Source: Tubiluchus corallicola
Taxonomy: Eukaryota > Animalia > Priapulida
Direction of reading: 5' to 3'
DNA length: 64,000 nt
NCBI GenBank assembly: GCA_030141605.1
Contig: JAQGDQ010000039.1
Span: 808,441-872,440 of the forward strand
The notes beneath the pieces are model-generated. The model did not search any database. It was not told where the DNA came from and was given only the letters and a program-made list of their open reading frames with translations. Shown here piece after piece: positions 1-13,900 of this stretch (position 1 is the stretch's first letter; each line of letters begins with the position of its first letter). Position numbers and translations under genes: made by a program.

Positions 1-617
1 GGCATGTTGTCTTGCCCTGATTAATGGTTGTAAGAAAGTCTGAAACTGTGCCTTTACAGCATTTGTAACTTGCAGGATGAAAGAGCATACTTTCTCGGTT
101 GATGGTCGATATTAGTAATAAGAAATAAAATATGATTTTTATAATTCGTCTCTGTGTGGTCATGAATGAAAGTGCGTACAGTACCAAAGTGCAAACGGAA
201 ATGGTAATTTTCATCCTATGCTTGTCTGCAAGCTTTTTTCGAGGATTTTTGTCTTACCGTTGCTAGAAAGTTTTCGGCATCTGCATTATTAATGCTGTAT
301 TGTTGACAAAGTACCTTAAGTCTTCTTATAAAATTCAATTTGCCCTAGAAGTTTTCAAACAAGTTTGCGAAAACTTGTGGAAAGGATTTGAATACTTTGT
401 ATTGTTTTGCCTGACAAGCGGAAAGTGAGGCATAGGATGCTGCAACATATAAGTTAGCGAGCTTTTAAAATTATTTTGCTTGTGAGACCGCATTATAAGC
501 AACATGAATTTACCGTTGCATGATGTGTTTGAAACTTCTTCTTTGAATCTAGTCGTACCTAGTTATTAGTTTAATAGATTCGAGTTTCTCAGCCCTATCA
601 GGATCTAACCATATTGC

Positions 618-1067
618 CATGTTGTTTATTAGTACAGACATTCGTTTCGACAGTAACTGTCATTTTCAATGCTATAAATCAGGAAATCAGTACAATTGAC
701 ACTACAAGCCAAGGCATAGAATGATTATACTTTCACAAGAGTGGAATTCAAATTATCAGAATACAAGTGGAAATAACTCAGAAAGAGGTTTTTATGTAAA
801 GAAAACTGTAATGAAAACATAAAAATAGTGCATTACGCATTACATTCAGTGTAGATCACAACAACCATCAAACAATTAATTTAAGAAAAAGCAAAGTCTA
901 CATACTTGGAAAAGAAACCACGTTAGAAGAATGCACATTTTTACACAATTATTCTATGCCTTGGTCAGTAGGGTCATAATTGTACTGATTATTTGTTTTG
1001 GCATGATTTATAGCATTGAAAATGACAATTGCTGTCGAAATGATCGTCTGCGTTAATAAACACCATG
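618..1067. mobile_element. MITE-like foldback element in an NAA35 intron
   Basis: Imperfect ~110 bp inverted arms: 618-725 (CATGTTGTTTATT...TCATTTTCAATGCTATAAATCA...CCAAGGCATAGAAT) versus 951-1067 (ATTCTATGCCTTGG...TGATTTATAGCATTGAAAATGA...AATAAACACCATG). No coding capacity; TSD not resolved. Confidence 0.65.
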
Positions 1068-1277
1068 TTAATTCCTAGAGGCTGATTTAACCCTCAAAAC
1101 ATTTCACGTTCGACACATCAAGCAGTTTGTAGAGCAAGTGGTCTTAAATGCTGTGGAACAAATAGTACTCTCAAAAAAGCTTACATATTTTTTCTTTATG
1201 AAAATCTCTTTATGGGCAGTTTATTGCTGCAATTAGTGCTAAGTTCTTTATTAATTATATTAATTATTTATTTTTAG

Positions 1278-4200
1278 GCACGTATCCAACAATAATGGGA
1301 TTTGAACCTCTAGTTAACCAGCGCCTGCTTCCACCCACGTTTCCTCGCTACACCAGGATAAAATCTAGGACGGAATCGCTGACCTATCTTGATGTTCTCC
1401 TGTCAAGACTCATTCGTGTTTGCAGTGTTGTTGATTGCAATGGCTTCCATTCTGTTTTGGTAAATTACTTTATTTGAATTAACTGTGACAAGCTGTGGAG
1501 CTTTTGATCTGATGTCTTTTTCCCTTGTGCCACGGAAAACTGGCAGAACGTCCAGGTCAAATTTTGCTAAATTTATTTTCTCAAGAATTTGACAAGGTGT
1601 CTTGTCTATAAAAAATTGCAATTGCCTGTTGATTGTAAGTTAAATAGGCTTTTTAAATGCACAGAAGCTATAGGTTTTCTTCGTTTGTACATTACAATTG
1701 CATGTAATTTATATAACGTGTTTTCTTTAACCAGTAATTAATTGCCTATCAATTCAGAAGACTTCTGACCACTTCCATTTACAGTACAACATAATTGTAT
1801 AGGATATTTTTGACAAAATGGAATTGTCAATGACAAATAGTTCAAAAAATGTAGTCTTTTTTTAGTTTTGGCTAGTTATGGTAATACAGTATAATTTGCT
1901 TATAACGAGTTTCAAGGGACTGTGAAAAATTGCTCACTATAAGCCAGTCTCATTATAGCCAACGTCAATTGTTTGAACACGTAAGAGGTAGAAAGGAAGC
2001 CTATAAAGCATATGTGATGCTACAACGAAAAGAGCTCTTAAGTTTCTTAAATGAGTGCTACTGTTCAGCAACTATTTAGTCATAAGAGAATAAACTGATA
2101 GAGTTTAAACTCTGTTCTTTTTAGGGTTAACCTAGTATTTTAAACAATAAATTTCTACACAAAATGGCTGCTCAAGTTGCTTTTGTAACCCCCGTTGTGA
2201 TGCATTGTGCCATCTGCTGATAGCCGAGTGGGTGTTGTAATCATTTAAGTGGCTGCACAAGATCCTAGATCTCTGTGGGCAGGTGGAAAACATAGCTGTG
2301 CTTTAATTTTTACAATAATTAGCATTTTCACTATGGGCTATGTCATCTATTGACTAACTCTGTGGCTAGTTTGGCTGGCTTGTGTTATTTAATGCATTTT
2401 TTGAAAAAGTCGGTTATTTTTGCCTATTTTACATTAAATTGCTACAACTTTACTTAAGGAGTTGTCAAATTTTGAAAGCGATGAGAACACTATCAGTTGC
2501 TGACTAATACTAACACTGACTATTCATTATCAGTTGCTTGTTATTACTTAAAAATTGCTGAAGTTTGTCAATGACATTCAATCTAGCCTGTTGACAAACT
2601 GGTTGTTTTTCTGTTTCTGAATCATCACGTCTACTTCAGTGGAGAATGCACATAGCTGCAGACTCACCAACATGTCTGCATGTGCTATACTTGATACACA
2701 TCATTTTTTGCATCATGCACAGTGACCTGCTTACCTTTGCCCGTTGTTCTAGAACTTGTGCTCATTATGTATAAGAAAAGTACAGTCACAGGACGGCTGA
2801 ATTTGCTCGTAATAAGCAAAAACTTATATTGGACCCCATTGTAAGCAACGTTTGAATACATTATTTAAGCACAACATTTGATGGGACTTTGAAATTTCCT
2901 CGTAATAACCAGAGGTTTGTTGTAACTGCCCTCATTGTAGGTGGATTGTACTGTTTTAATTTTTTTTGGTTGAATAATTCCAGTTTCACTAAATTTAAAA
3001 AATCCTGAACAGATGATAAGCTGTCATTTTTGCTGATTCTAATGTTAAATTTTCAACTAGTTATCTATTTTTTCTGCGTTGTTTTCTTTTCATTTTTGTT
3101 TTCCAGGAATTTATGAGAAGTTTCAGTAGCCACGGTGCTTGTGTACTTTCTAGATCCGCTTTACAACTCGTCTACATGCCGGAAGACAGAAGCATTTTTG
3201 GTACCATACCTGTGATTGATGTTCTCCGGGATACCATCAAAAACTTCATCTGTCCTCCAGCTTTAGTGCAGAGGTAATTGTTCATGGTGGCTTCGAGTAA
3301 ATGTTTTCTGAACTCTACAAACTTGTGTCTTCACTTAGTCTGAAGATACTGTATTAGAATCGACAATACAGTATTGCATCTAAAAATTGATTTAGTTCAC
3401 TTTTTTATTTTTTAGATCATCTCTGGCATCTAATCCACAAGCCAAAGAGTTTGTTGATGCATTTCTAACACAAGCGTCACGACCATTCTGCGCATTATTA
3501 CAAATTACTGGTCATAATCGTGCTAGACAACGGGACAAGTTAGCTCATGTCTTAGAGGAGCTGTCTAATTTGCAAGATGAGGTTCGAATGTTGTATGAAT
3601 TTTACAGTGCGCAAGACATAGGTTATAGGTAGTGAATTCACGAGACAAAGGTTTACAGTAAATGCATCTTTTTAACGAAGATGAAGATGTGTCATTTTTT
3701 TGATTGCTGCCCTACTGAGGCCAACAGTAAAAATACTTCTTTTTATCGCACATCCAACCCAGCTGGGAATTTTGTATTTTTTGTACATTCACATTTTATA
3801 TTTTTTGCACATATGCTTACCTGGCACAGTTGCACAAAAGCATATTTTTTTAATTTAGAACAAACCGCAATAAATATTATATTATTATTGGTTCAGTGAG
3901 AATGCAGCCATGTTTACAGCTAATTCTTAGCCAGGGTTGTCGTTTCGGATGATGTTAATTATCGTATTAAAGGCTAAAAATCATCGTATTTTCCGTCTAA
4001 TTAATATATTAGTGGCCGAGTAGTGTAGCCCTTTTTACCGTAATTATCAGAACATACATTCATACTGTACAAAAAAAAGACTATATAATAATTAAATACT
4101 AATTTAATAATGCGAAACAAGAAACTAAAAAACAAAGCATGACAAAATGTGCATTGAAAGAATTTAAAGCATTACTGCCAACCAGTGGGGAATAAACAAA

Positions 4201-7200
4201 TTTTGATTTCAACTGATTTTAAATATCGCGCTATTCAGCTTTAAATATTAAAGCTTTAATAAAAATTTTCTTCACTCACTATCTTTCGAGCTCTTGAGGT
4301 AAGACAGAAACAATTTTTTTGAGGGCTGCCTGAATATAATGAAAATGAGTCCTGTGCTTCTTGTATGAAGTTTGGCACACTGCAAGCTACTGTGCAGCAC
4401 ATAACGCAGAAGCTACTCATGTTTTTGGTTGTAGTAGGACCGAAACTTTGCACATTATTGAAGATAATCTTATAAGATGGAGTCTGGACTGGTAGAAGTT
4501 TTTTAATGCACTATATCCTCCTTCAGTAAAAGAAATTGATGAGAAGTGTGGTAAATGAAATTTCCCAGAACTAATTTCCCTGCAGTCGCCCATCCATTTA
4601 CAAGTCAGGCCAACAGTTGCTTAATACCAACATCCTACTGGTTGGCTTGCTGTGTGTTGTGATGAATACAACATAAAGAATCTAGACATTTATAAGATTG
4701 TGATATACATGAATATAAGAACAGCATCAAATATTTCCACCACTGTTTTTCTGTGTTTATATTTTGGGTAAAACTGTGGCATTATCATATCAAATATGTT
4801 TTTGTATATCATTTGTAAGTTCTATGTACGCACCTAAAGTGGAGATGATTAAGAAGCATAGCATTCACAGTTACCTATTCTCGTTTGTTGGTTACACTTA
4901 ATTATGAAAAAACTTTATGCACACCAGGCAGTTGGTATGATCATTTGTTGATTTAAGCTTTAAAAATTTACAATTGCTACAAACTTATACTATTTTGGTA
5001 CAGGCTGTGAAATATTTGACTGTTTCTTGCAATATGCTTACTGATGGGAGATTCAAAATCTACTATACACGCAGATTATTTGAAAATTCTATGTGCTGTA
5101 TCTTGATTTACCTGCTGTACTAATGGTGCAATTTTTTTGTTGTTGTTAGGCTGACAAAGTGGATGCATTTTTACATAATCTTCTTATAAAGCAAGAACCG
5201 CAGAGACAACACCTTGCTTGCTTTGGATCGTGGGTTTTGAGTCATGTGATACAGGTCAGTACAAATCTATTATGTTAATTACTAGTCAGACTTCAAGAAT
5301 TTGATGCACTATGCAAGTAATTAAGTATGTATTATTGCTGTGGCAGTGGCATGTACAAACAGGCAAACATTTTTGTTTAATGTCACTTTTTTGTTTTAGG
5401 TAATGATCCAATATTTGCTGTTAGGTTTCGAACTTGAATTGTATAGTCCACACGAGTACCATTACATTTATTGGTAAGAACCCTATATGTATAATTTATA
5501 GGTCATTATGTCTTGATAAATGATAATAGCAAAACTCGACACATTTTATTTATTTTTTTCATATACCTGACTGTCTCCCATTATATTTTTGCACAAATAG
5601 AAAGATTTTTCATAACACTTACTTTTAAATTTCTGTCTCAAGAATGCTTTACAATCTGAAGTAGCCTAAGTTTGATGATTGTGTTACGTAATTATGTTAT
5701 GTTGTTCTACATTTTAGGTATCTGTTTGAAATGCTGTATGGCTGGTTGATATCTGTGTTGTCTCGAGCTGATGGCTTTTGTGTGGAATATGATAGTTTAT
5801 CAGGTTTGAATTTCATTGTATTACATTGTGGTACAGCAGAATTCGCTTAATAAATCCACGGATAATAAATCCTGCTGCTTGTTGTGACCACTTTGGCTGG
5901 AATGGAACTGTAAAATGCTTTAACCTAGTAAAAGCTGGCATTTATTAAATCCAAACGTCACTTGACAAATTCGTGTAATACATGCGTTACGTGAGTTGCT
6001 TTAATAATACGAACGCTATTTAATAGGTTTCTTTGGTTTGTAAATCGAGCCGCTTAGTAATTCCATTTAGCTTCACACCAATGTGGTTTTACTAAGCGAA
6101 GAGTACAGTACAAGCTAAATCACTCAGCATGACCGCTGATATCAACTTCATTAAATACTGGTGATTTTTTGTATTTTGTAGCAGCATACGTTTTGAAAAA
6201 CTGAATGAAATTTGATGTAAACTAAAATCTTACTGGCAATTAAAATTAGCCCAACTTCCAGCAAAAATTGTCAAAAATGCTGCGAAATTTCCAGTTTTAA
6301 TTTTTTCAACAGTGTACTTGTGAAATGAGTACAGTCAAACCTCGCGATGATGCCAGGTCTGGGACACCATTAAAATTAATATGGCTCTATACCAGGGTTG
6401 ACAGTAAGATGAGGTTCATTAAACATCAAAGCTATTCCAGTCTGTAACCTCTATTTTGTTTCTTAGTTAATTTTAATGTGCCATAAATAGTATAATATTA
6501 ATATACCTACAAACAATACTAGTGTTATACTGTACATTTTTGCTGCATTAACAAAATTAATGCAGGTGTAGTTCTACCGCGGTGCGTAACACAATGTGGC
6601 GTAGCAATCTTGTGAAATACTGCTGTCTCCTGATAAGAGAAATATGCAGCCACGCAGCCCACCCATGCTGCCAACGTAACATTATTAGATAATTAAGACC
6701 ATAAATAGCTGCCGCATATAACTTATCCTTGAGTCAAACAGCTTTTACAGCTGTCACATCAGTACGACTGAAGCTTAGCTATGCAACTCTTGCAATATGC
6801 AATATCAGCAACAATTTCATTGCACTTTATCTTGGCTGGCGTTATAACAGGGTAAATTTATTATGTAAAATAGACTTTTTGCACAGCAGATGCATTGGTG
6901 ATATTCTTTATATTTAATATATTATGGAAATCGGGACAGGGCAACAATGGCGAGGCTGGCGTTATAACCGGGGGCGGTATAACGATGTTCGACTGTATTA
7001 TTATTATTGAAAGAGTGAAAGTCGTCATTTAACAGTTTACAGCCTTACGTCATTATTAGATTCATGAAAAAATGAAAAGAAATTGGTGGCAAAGCTGAAG
7101 CACGCAGAAGATATTGTTAGGCGACAAAAGTCTGTACTTTAAGTGCCTAGTAGGAAAATGTAGCAGGAGTTAGATGAGTTTTTACTTATGTTTGCATAAG

Positions 7201-9673
7201 TTAGCATAAAGTGCCTCAAGTTGTCGTAAATGCATAAGTGCTTAACAATTTCAGGAACTAAAAAAATCTTATATTAAAAGCTCTGAAAATTTTCACAAAG
7301 AAAAAAATTTATGTAATCAGGGTTTATATTGTTTATCATTTCAAAGATTTTCTCATAATTTTAATTAGAGCAGCAAAAAGGCAAGAAGAAAAAGAACAAG
7401 AAGAAAAAACCAAGACCATACGCGAAGGAGATCACTATTGCTCAAGCGCAACAGAATCTCTGTGGTGGCTTATACAAGGTTATAAATTATACATGTCACT
7501 GGGCTTTTGAAAGATGAAAATCAAGATCATGACACACTATACTGCATGTTCAGTAAAAATAACTTGCTTAAATACACTTACTGATTTACTGTTGTTAGAA
7601 AGCAGAATTAGTTTTACAGGTAGTAACAGTAACATAGTTTCTATCTCCTTACACTGGCATGCTGGTTTTGTGAAAATCATCATTGATTATTAACAAGTGA
7701 CAATAGATTGTGAAGTGCTTAGGAAAGGAAAATGCTTAACTCCTTAACACAGATTACTGACGTCAAGTTTGAAAAAGGTGAATTAGTTGTAGAATGTCGT
7801 TTAATTTTGTCTGGCTATTTTTGTCACAAAATACACTTGCAGGCAATGGTCGGCTTTCAGATAGTCGGCAAACAGAAGACGCCAATGTTCGAATTTGATT
7901 CTGAACAAGTTCGATATGAGCATCGCTTCGGTCCATTTGGTACGGTGAATACGCCACCACCAGTTCCATATCATCAGGTAACTTCACCTTTTACTAGTTT
8001 AGTAACAATTGTTTATTCTGATAAGTTTCATATTCTTAGATCTACTAACAGTGGTAGATAAAAATTCAATGCTAGTTTTAGATACCAAATGACTGCATTA
8101 ATTTTTTTTATACAATTTGTTGCAACTGCAAACTGAAATCCAGCACTTTATGGCAAAGCCTATTTTGCACTTAATATGGCGCAACAGGAACCTAGTTCAT
8201 CATGGCTAATCCCCTAAGATAAGCCACTGAACTGACAGACGTGTCGTAGCTAAGTACGGATGAATGAGAGAAATTGTCAAAATTAGTATGGACCATGAAA
8301 CCAGCTAGAGCAAGTATTGAACACGGCAGTCGCTCATCCATTTTCTTGCTGGCTTTGGTGATACTTAACTTCATTCGCTAAGCACATATTTGACCGTTTG
8401 GCTATTCCTTCATATCACAGGCAGCAGTGTCCTAAATGTCCTATTAGGCATATCACTTTGCAGTAACCTTTCGAGCATATACTGAACTTTCATAAAATCA
8501 TACAAATGGTTAAAAGACGAAAAGTAGGGTTCATGCCCAAAAAAATCAGCTAATCGGTTCATGATGAGTAATTTGTGGCAAGTGCCCAACTTGTTAATAT
8601 TTTTCCCAAGAATAAATTTGCAAAATATCCTGCATTGTTCTATGGTTGCACATACATTAGTGCCATGTTTTGATGTTATTGTACCTCACAGTTTAAAGAC
8701 ATGACGGAAATGACAGACCTCGGTCAGCATGAAGTCAAACCAACATCACGGGAACTATTCATGTCAGCTTGCAAATGCTTTCATCAGGCAAAAACTCTGT
8801 ACGAATCGCTTTCGACAACCGACAACGAGGTAGCAAATTTTAATTTGTGGAAAAAATGTTTTTTATAGCTAAGGACACCAGCTTATATTGCTTGATAATA
8901 GGTGTCACCATATTATGTATGGTAGTGCAATTTCTAATGCTGGTGTCGCCATCTACTAATACCATGGAAACTTTACTGTAGAATCACTTCTTTCGCTTGT
9001 GTTGGCCCAACATTTCTAGTTTCATGTGTGAGATATGCAGGGAAATCTGCCCAACTAATACTTCTACGAGCATGTTATGTACAAATTTTGTCCAGCAATT
9101 GTACAACATGCAGACAGTTATTCCACACTAAATGGTGTGTACTGGTTACAAAATTATAAGTTGCCCTTTTTTATTACATAACACATTATACACAGCAACA
9201 GTTACAGTAATATAAATCAACTAAAGTTAAATGAGCCACACAGTGAAACAAGTTAAGTCTTGTTATGATTACCTTTTAGGCCAATTGATAAGCAAGTTAG
9301 TATAACTGTAGTAGTGACTGTCTGACATTAGTGTCAAAAAACTGTTATACTCACTATTGAAAATTGCTCAAATGACTTATATTGTTTCATTTTCTTACAG
9401 AGTCAAGCGCTGTTGAAAGTTGCCAAGACAAATTTCGTTGTGTTAAAGTTATTAGCCAGTGGTCACAAAGTCGAAACCAAGGTACAAGTTTTCTACTAGA
9501 TTTTGATTTTTAATTAACCATCTGTGATGTTTTATATCACTTGGAAATTATACGCAACCGAGATATGCTTGTATCTCCACAGTTTATTACCGTGTTGTTC
9601 GTTTTTGTTGCAGGATCCACCAGAATTTATTTTTTTACCTCACAAATCATTTCCTATCATCAAAATTACCTGA
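1278..9673 (+). CDS. NAA35: N-alpha-acetyltransferase 35, NatC auxiliary subunit (MAK10); 3' part only, 5' exons lie upstream of the window
   Basis: Phase-consistent GT-AG exons 1278-1459, 3107-3273, 3416-3581, 5150-5254, 5400-5473, 5718-5803, 7369-7478, 7843-7977, 8692-8829, 9401-9481, 9614-9673 (TGA). They encode NAA35 motifs [86 protein letters not shown] and [10 protein letters not shown]. Confidence 0.96.
1887..2953. mobile_element. Tc1/mariner (pogo/Tigger-type) non-autonomous element, decayed
   Basis: Left end TA|CAGTATAATTTGCTTATAACGAG; right end ...GGATTGTACTG. Subterminal TTATAAC/CTCGTAATAA and GGGAC motifs recur near both ends. Confidence 0.6.
5834..6108. mobile_element. Tc1/pogo-type MITE
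   Basis: TA|CAGCAGAATTCGCTTAATAAA ... TTTTACTAAGCGAAGAGTACAG|TA, with repeated internal ATAAATCC motifs. Confidence 0.55.
6332..6995. mobile_element. Tc1/pogo-type MITE
   Basis: TIRs CAGTCAAACCTCG and CGATGTTCGACTG, TA on both sides; subterminal GGCGTTATAAC repeats. Confidence 0.75.
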
Positions 9674-10126
9674 CAATCCAATTCTTGGATTTAACAGATG
9701 AAAGGCAGACTTAGTGGCTGAAGACAGTTTCTATAAGGAATATTCTGTGATGCAAAGCTACTTCGTGAACTGATGTCAAGTTGACATCAAGTTATTTTTG
9801 CACAATAGTTATTTTTCCTATATAATTTGACCTACTCTGTAGTTCCAACTACCACCTTCAAAGGATGTGGAACTATTAATGCTGACCACATGAAATACAA
9901 ATGCAAACTTAATGTCATCATGACATTATAACTACTGCAGATTTGCTACTTATGCAAACAGCAACGACATTTATAAATACAGTCAAACGTTAGTATACGG
10001 CCACAAAATGGTCAGGAATGACACAGCTGTATTCAGTTGTATATAAAACGAATCCGCAATCTATGCTACCTCCCGTTACCTGCTGTCTGTCAGGCAAATT
10101 AACATATATAGAAATTAATATATATA

Positions 10127-10930
10127 CTAGCAAAGGCCCCGCAAAAGATTTCGCGTAAAAACCACGTATAATCAATAACACGCGAACATCCTACACGGTC
10201 AGTCCTCATGTATAACGCAAAGCCCGTAAGATCCTGCCTACTTACCTAACGCAAAACCTGTACTCGTGCCTACTGTATGTTTTATGTTTAACTAACGCAA
10301 AGCAGCTTTTTGCTGAATTAAAGCTATAAGCAATAATGGATGACGTCAGCACAATGGAATTCGTCACAACAGTTTTCAAAGCGAAAATCGCCGTAAATAG
10401 AACAGCTAATTAACTCGTCGGTACTCCTCTTGGTGGACCTGCCCTAAAATATAACCCACATCATCGTGTAGCCCTGTCCTTCCTCTTTGTAAAGAGCTAT
10501 AAATCTCCTCCCGAGAGTCCCACCGGGCGACGCTAAAACGCTTTTCCCGCATGCTGTTTGGTCAAAATTTTGAAAAAATCGCGAGTTGGGTCCGGGAAAA
10601 CGCCCGTTGCGGGGCGCCCTGGCCCTCTCGGGAATTCTAAATATGCCTACTACACCCACCGCTGAACGGGCTATCTATCCATACCCAGTACCCCCCTCGG
10701 CCCGTTCCCGTTCTCTACATCTCAGCCGTATAACTTTTGCAAAAAACGCCCGAAAAAGGGCCATTTTTGGAGGTTTTTCGCCCCCCGTTCCTCCCGGTGG
10801 GCCCGATTCGAAAAATAAACCATCAATGGCACGACACTAGATCGAGACCTTTCGTTTGATATATAGATTGCCGCAAATGGTGCCCTCGTCCGGGCTGTAG
10901 CCTCGAATCTTATATATATATATATTAAGA
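10127..10930 (-). mobile_element. Non-autonomous Helitron
   Basis: On the minus strand it starts A|TCTTAATATATAT and ends CTAG|T, with an imperfect hairpin CGCGAAA-TC-TTTTGCG about 10 nt before the CTAG. GC-rich interior, no TSD. Confidence 0.75.
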
Positions 10931-13900
10931 TACCAAGAATATTAATATAATAGTAGATATATATATGTTCAACGTGGAAATACCACCATCAACTTCTCGA
11001 TATATGTGTAATAACAACTGTTCGGGGCAACTATACATTCCGTCAAGTCGACACTCGCCAGACGTCATGTGTTGTAGAAAATAATGCATGTATCATGTTT
11101 TGATTCTTTGCAAGCTGTGCCATACATTGTACAATCACCGTAACATCGTTAATGCAACACAGTCATAATGGTAACTAACAAGAAAATACACGGCAAGTTT
11201 CTGTCCTAAATTTGTACTTATAATTTAACTTTTATTACATATATCTACTTAGCAGAGCAGCAGGCCTACAGTCTATTATATAGCTGAGTACAAGACAACG
11301 TTTGTTATGTAAGATTTTAAGGAAGTCTTTAATACACAAGTGTATCAATTTAATAGTTTTCTTTTAATTCATTAACCTGCAGAGTGAAAATTGAGGACTT
11401 ACACTTGTGTACACTTGTCTGACTGTTCTGCATTATAAAACTATCGTGCCAAACTCGCTGCCAATTTTTCCCAACTGCTCCCAAAGTGGAATAATATAAA
11501 ATAAAGTCATTTGACTCTAATGACACCTAACCGTTAATATTTATAAGTTGCTGAAAGAATATGACAAAGAAAGTTTGCAATTATAAATGTACATGTATCA
11601 GTGCTAGTAGAATTTAGAAATAATGGAGAAATCTTTAGGGTTAAATTTGCGAGGATTTAAACAGCACAAAATGTGCATCTTCGTGAATCTCAGTCTTCTA
11701 AGTATTACAATAATTGTTTCTTAGTTGCATGTAAAAAACATGCCTTGTTTAATAAATGCTGATGGTTACCTGCAAAACATATTTGTACAAATTCCTAACT
11801 TGTTAATTATATTAGTAAAATATAACTTAATAAACTATTAAATTAAACGACATTTTACTATTAAATTGATGCTTTTATTATTTGTTTTTCCACCTTTCTA
11901 TGGAGAATTTGAGAACGTATGAGCCTGCCAAATGCTAAGTGCATTTTTTAAACAGAACCATGTTTCACAGTACTATTCAACAGTGGCTATAACAACTGCT
12001 ATATTAACTCAAGTACTGTCTATGCACAGTAGCTTTTTTTCAAAAAGCACGAAAAAGCAGAGAGACCATTACATTCCGCAGGAGCAAATAAAAGTAGATT
12101 TACAATACTGAAATTAACAGTCAGCAGCAACATACAAACACATTTGGCTTTCAAAATGTGGCCCCGCCAGGATTACATCCTACCACAGTGCAAGTTTCCT
12201 TGAATCTCTGATCTTCACTAATTATAAATTCAAATTGAAGTTTGATAATTAAAATCGATGCAGTTCTAACCAAAATTCAACAATCAGAAATTTTCACATA
12301 CTTCAAGGATTGTTCGCATGGTCAATGAAGGGTGCCAAGATGCCAAGGAAGTCCTAGATAATCCATAATGCTTCGAAAAGGACTGGAAGCTTTCAGCCCA
12401 TCTGGGAGACAATGATAAACATGTTGGTTCAGTAAATTTTGATGTGTCAGTTTCATGGCACTGTTTAGTAATCTTTGTCTTACTGAATTTATTTTAATTT
12501 TTTTAAATAACGTTAAACAACGTGCAAAAATCCAGCCTTGGGGATCATATTAGATGCTTTTTGTAGTTTAATAGGGCCTAATGCATTTCACAGGGCAAAG
12601 TTAAATAAGCAACAAACACATAAAGAGAGAGAGAGAGCAAGAGGAGAGAAGAGACAGGGATAAAAGAAAGGATCGAAAAAAATAGAAAAAGTTTAAAGAG
12701 GGGTGAAGGATGCAGAAAGGGAGAGAAAAGATCAGGAGAGAAGGGGAGGACGGAGGCAGAGAGAGTGAAACGAAAGGAAGACGGAAGTTTCACCTTGACC
12801 GAAATGACCTGCAAGTCTGACAAGCTTTGATGCAAAAGTCAAAGCAATCAAAGCTTGCCCTATTTTGATAGTCATTTTAAAAGGATTAAAAAATTAAATA
12901 AGTGACTACCCCAATTTATCATATTCCAAACTAGTTAAGTTTAACCCAATTATACATATTACACATTATATTGTCAAAACTGCATAGGTATCTAAACAGT
13001 TTTGGCTGTTGGTCATAAAACATCTTGACAAAACTTGGTAGGGAAACTATGTGACATATGACTGGAGCACAATGTCATCAGTACAGTTATCTTAAACTAC
13101 ATTATGTAAATTTGAGCTCAAACATTAAGTAAATTCAGTAAAGGTGTAGAACATCGCTGATATGTAAAGAGAATCGCTGATATTTTGCATAAAACACTTT
13201 ATTCCACTACAAAAAAATCACAAAATCGTATTTCTGACCAAATAGCACTATACATCAATGTTTCATAACTAAAGCGCTGACAAAACTGTGTGCCGTGTAT
13301 AGTTTAATGATGATGCCGTACATTACTTTCAGTTTGAGAATGCCTGACCATTTCTGACAAGCTTAAACCAACAACACCAGAAACTCATGCAGCGATAAAT
13401 ATTAAACTATAAAATTACTTACAAGCTGACATAAGTTTATAAAAAACATGCACATTACAATGTTCATATAAGCCTCATATTCTTACTATAGACCCCGATA
13501 TTACAGTACAGAATATCATCATTCTTATGTTAGCATTTGCAATGGAAATACCAAGCAAAGTGTGTTTAATTAAAGATTTAATGAAACTGGACAGACCGAC
13601 AACTAATGTACACAGTTTACTAATTAACATTCTGCTTTTCATTTCTAATCTTACACAGTCTAGAATCATTGATAACAATCGTAAATTAATTTATTGCCCA
13701 CACGCCGTGCAATTAGATGTCCTACGATCCATTATAAAGAATTCTGGAAAGACAAATAACAAGGTGATATACAACAATACTTTTAAAATGTACTTATTAC
13801 AAATGCCAAATTTTCTAATAATTTTAAATTCAAGTAAAAATTTTGCAATATCTATTCCTAATTTACAAATTTAAATAAGCAAAAATTAGCTGTATTTTTC

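Noticed and set aside
10444-10840. GC-rich ORFs on both strands
   Set aside because: They lie inside the non-autonomous Helitron, have non-ATG starts and show no recognisable domain.
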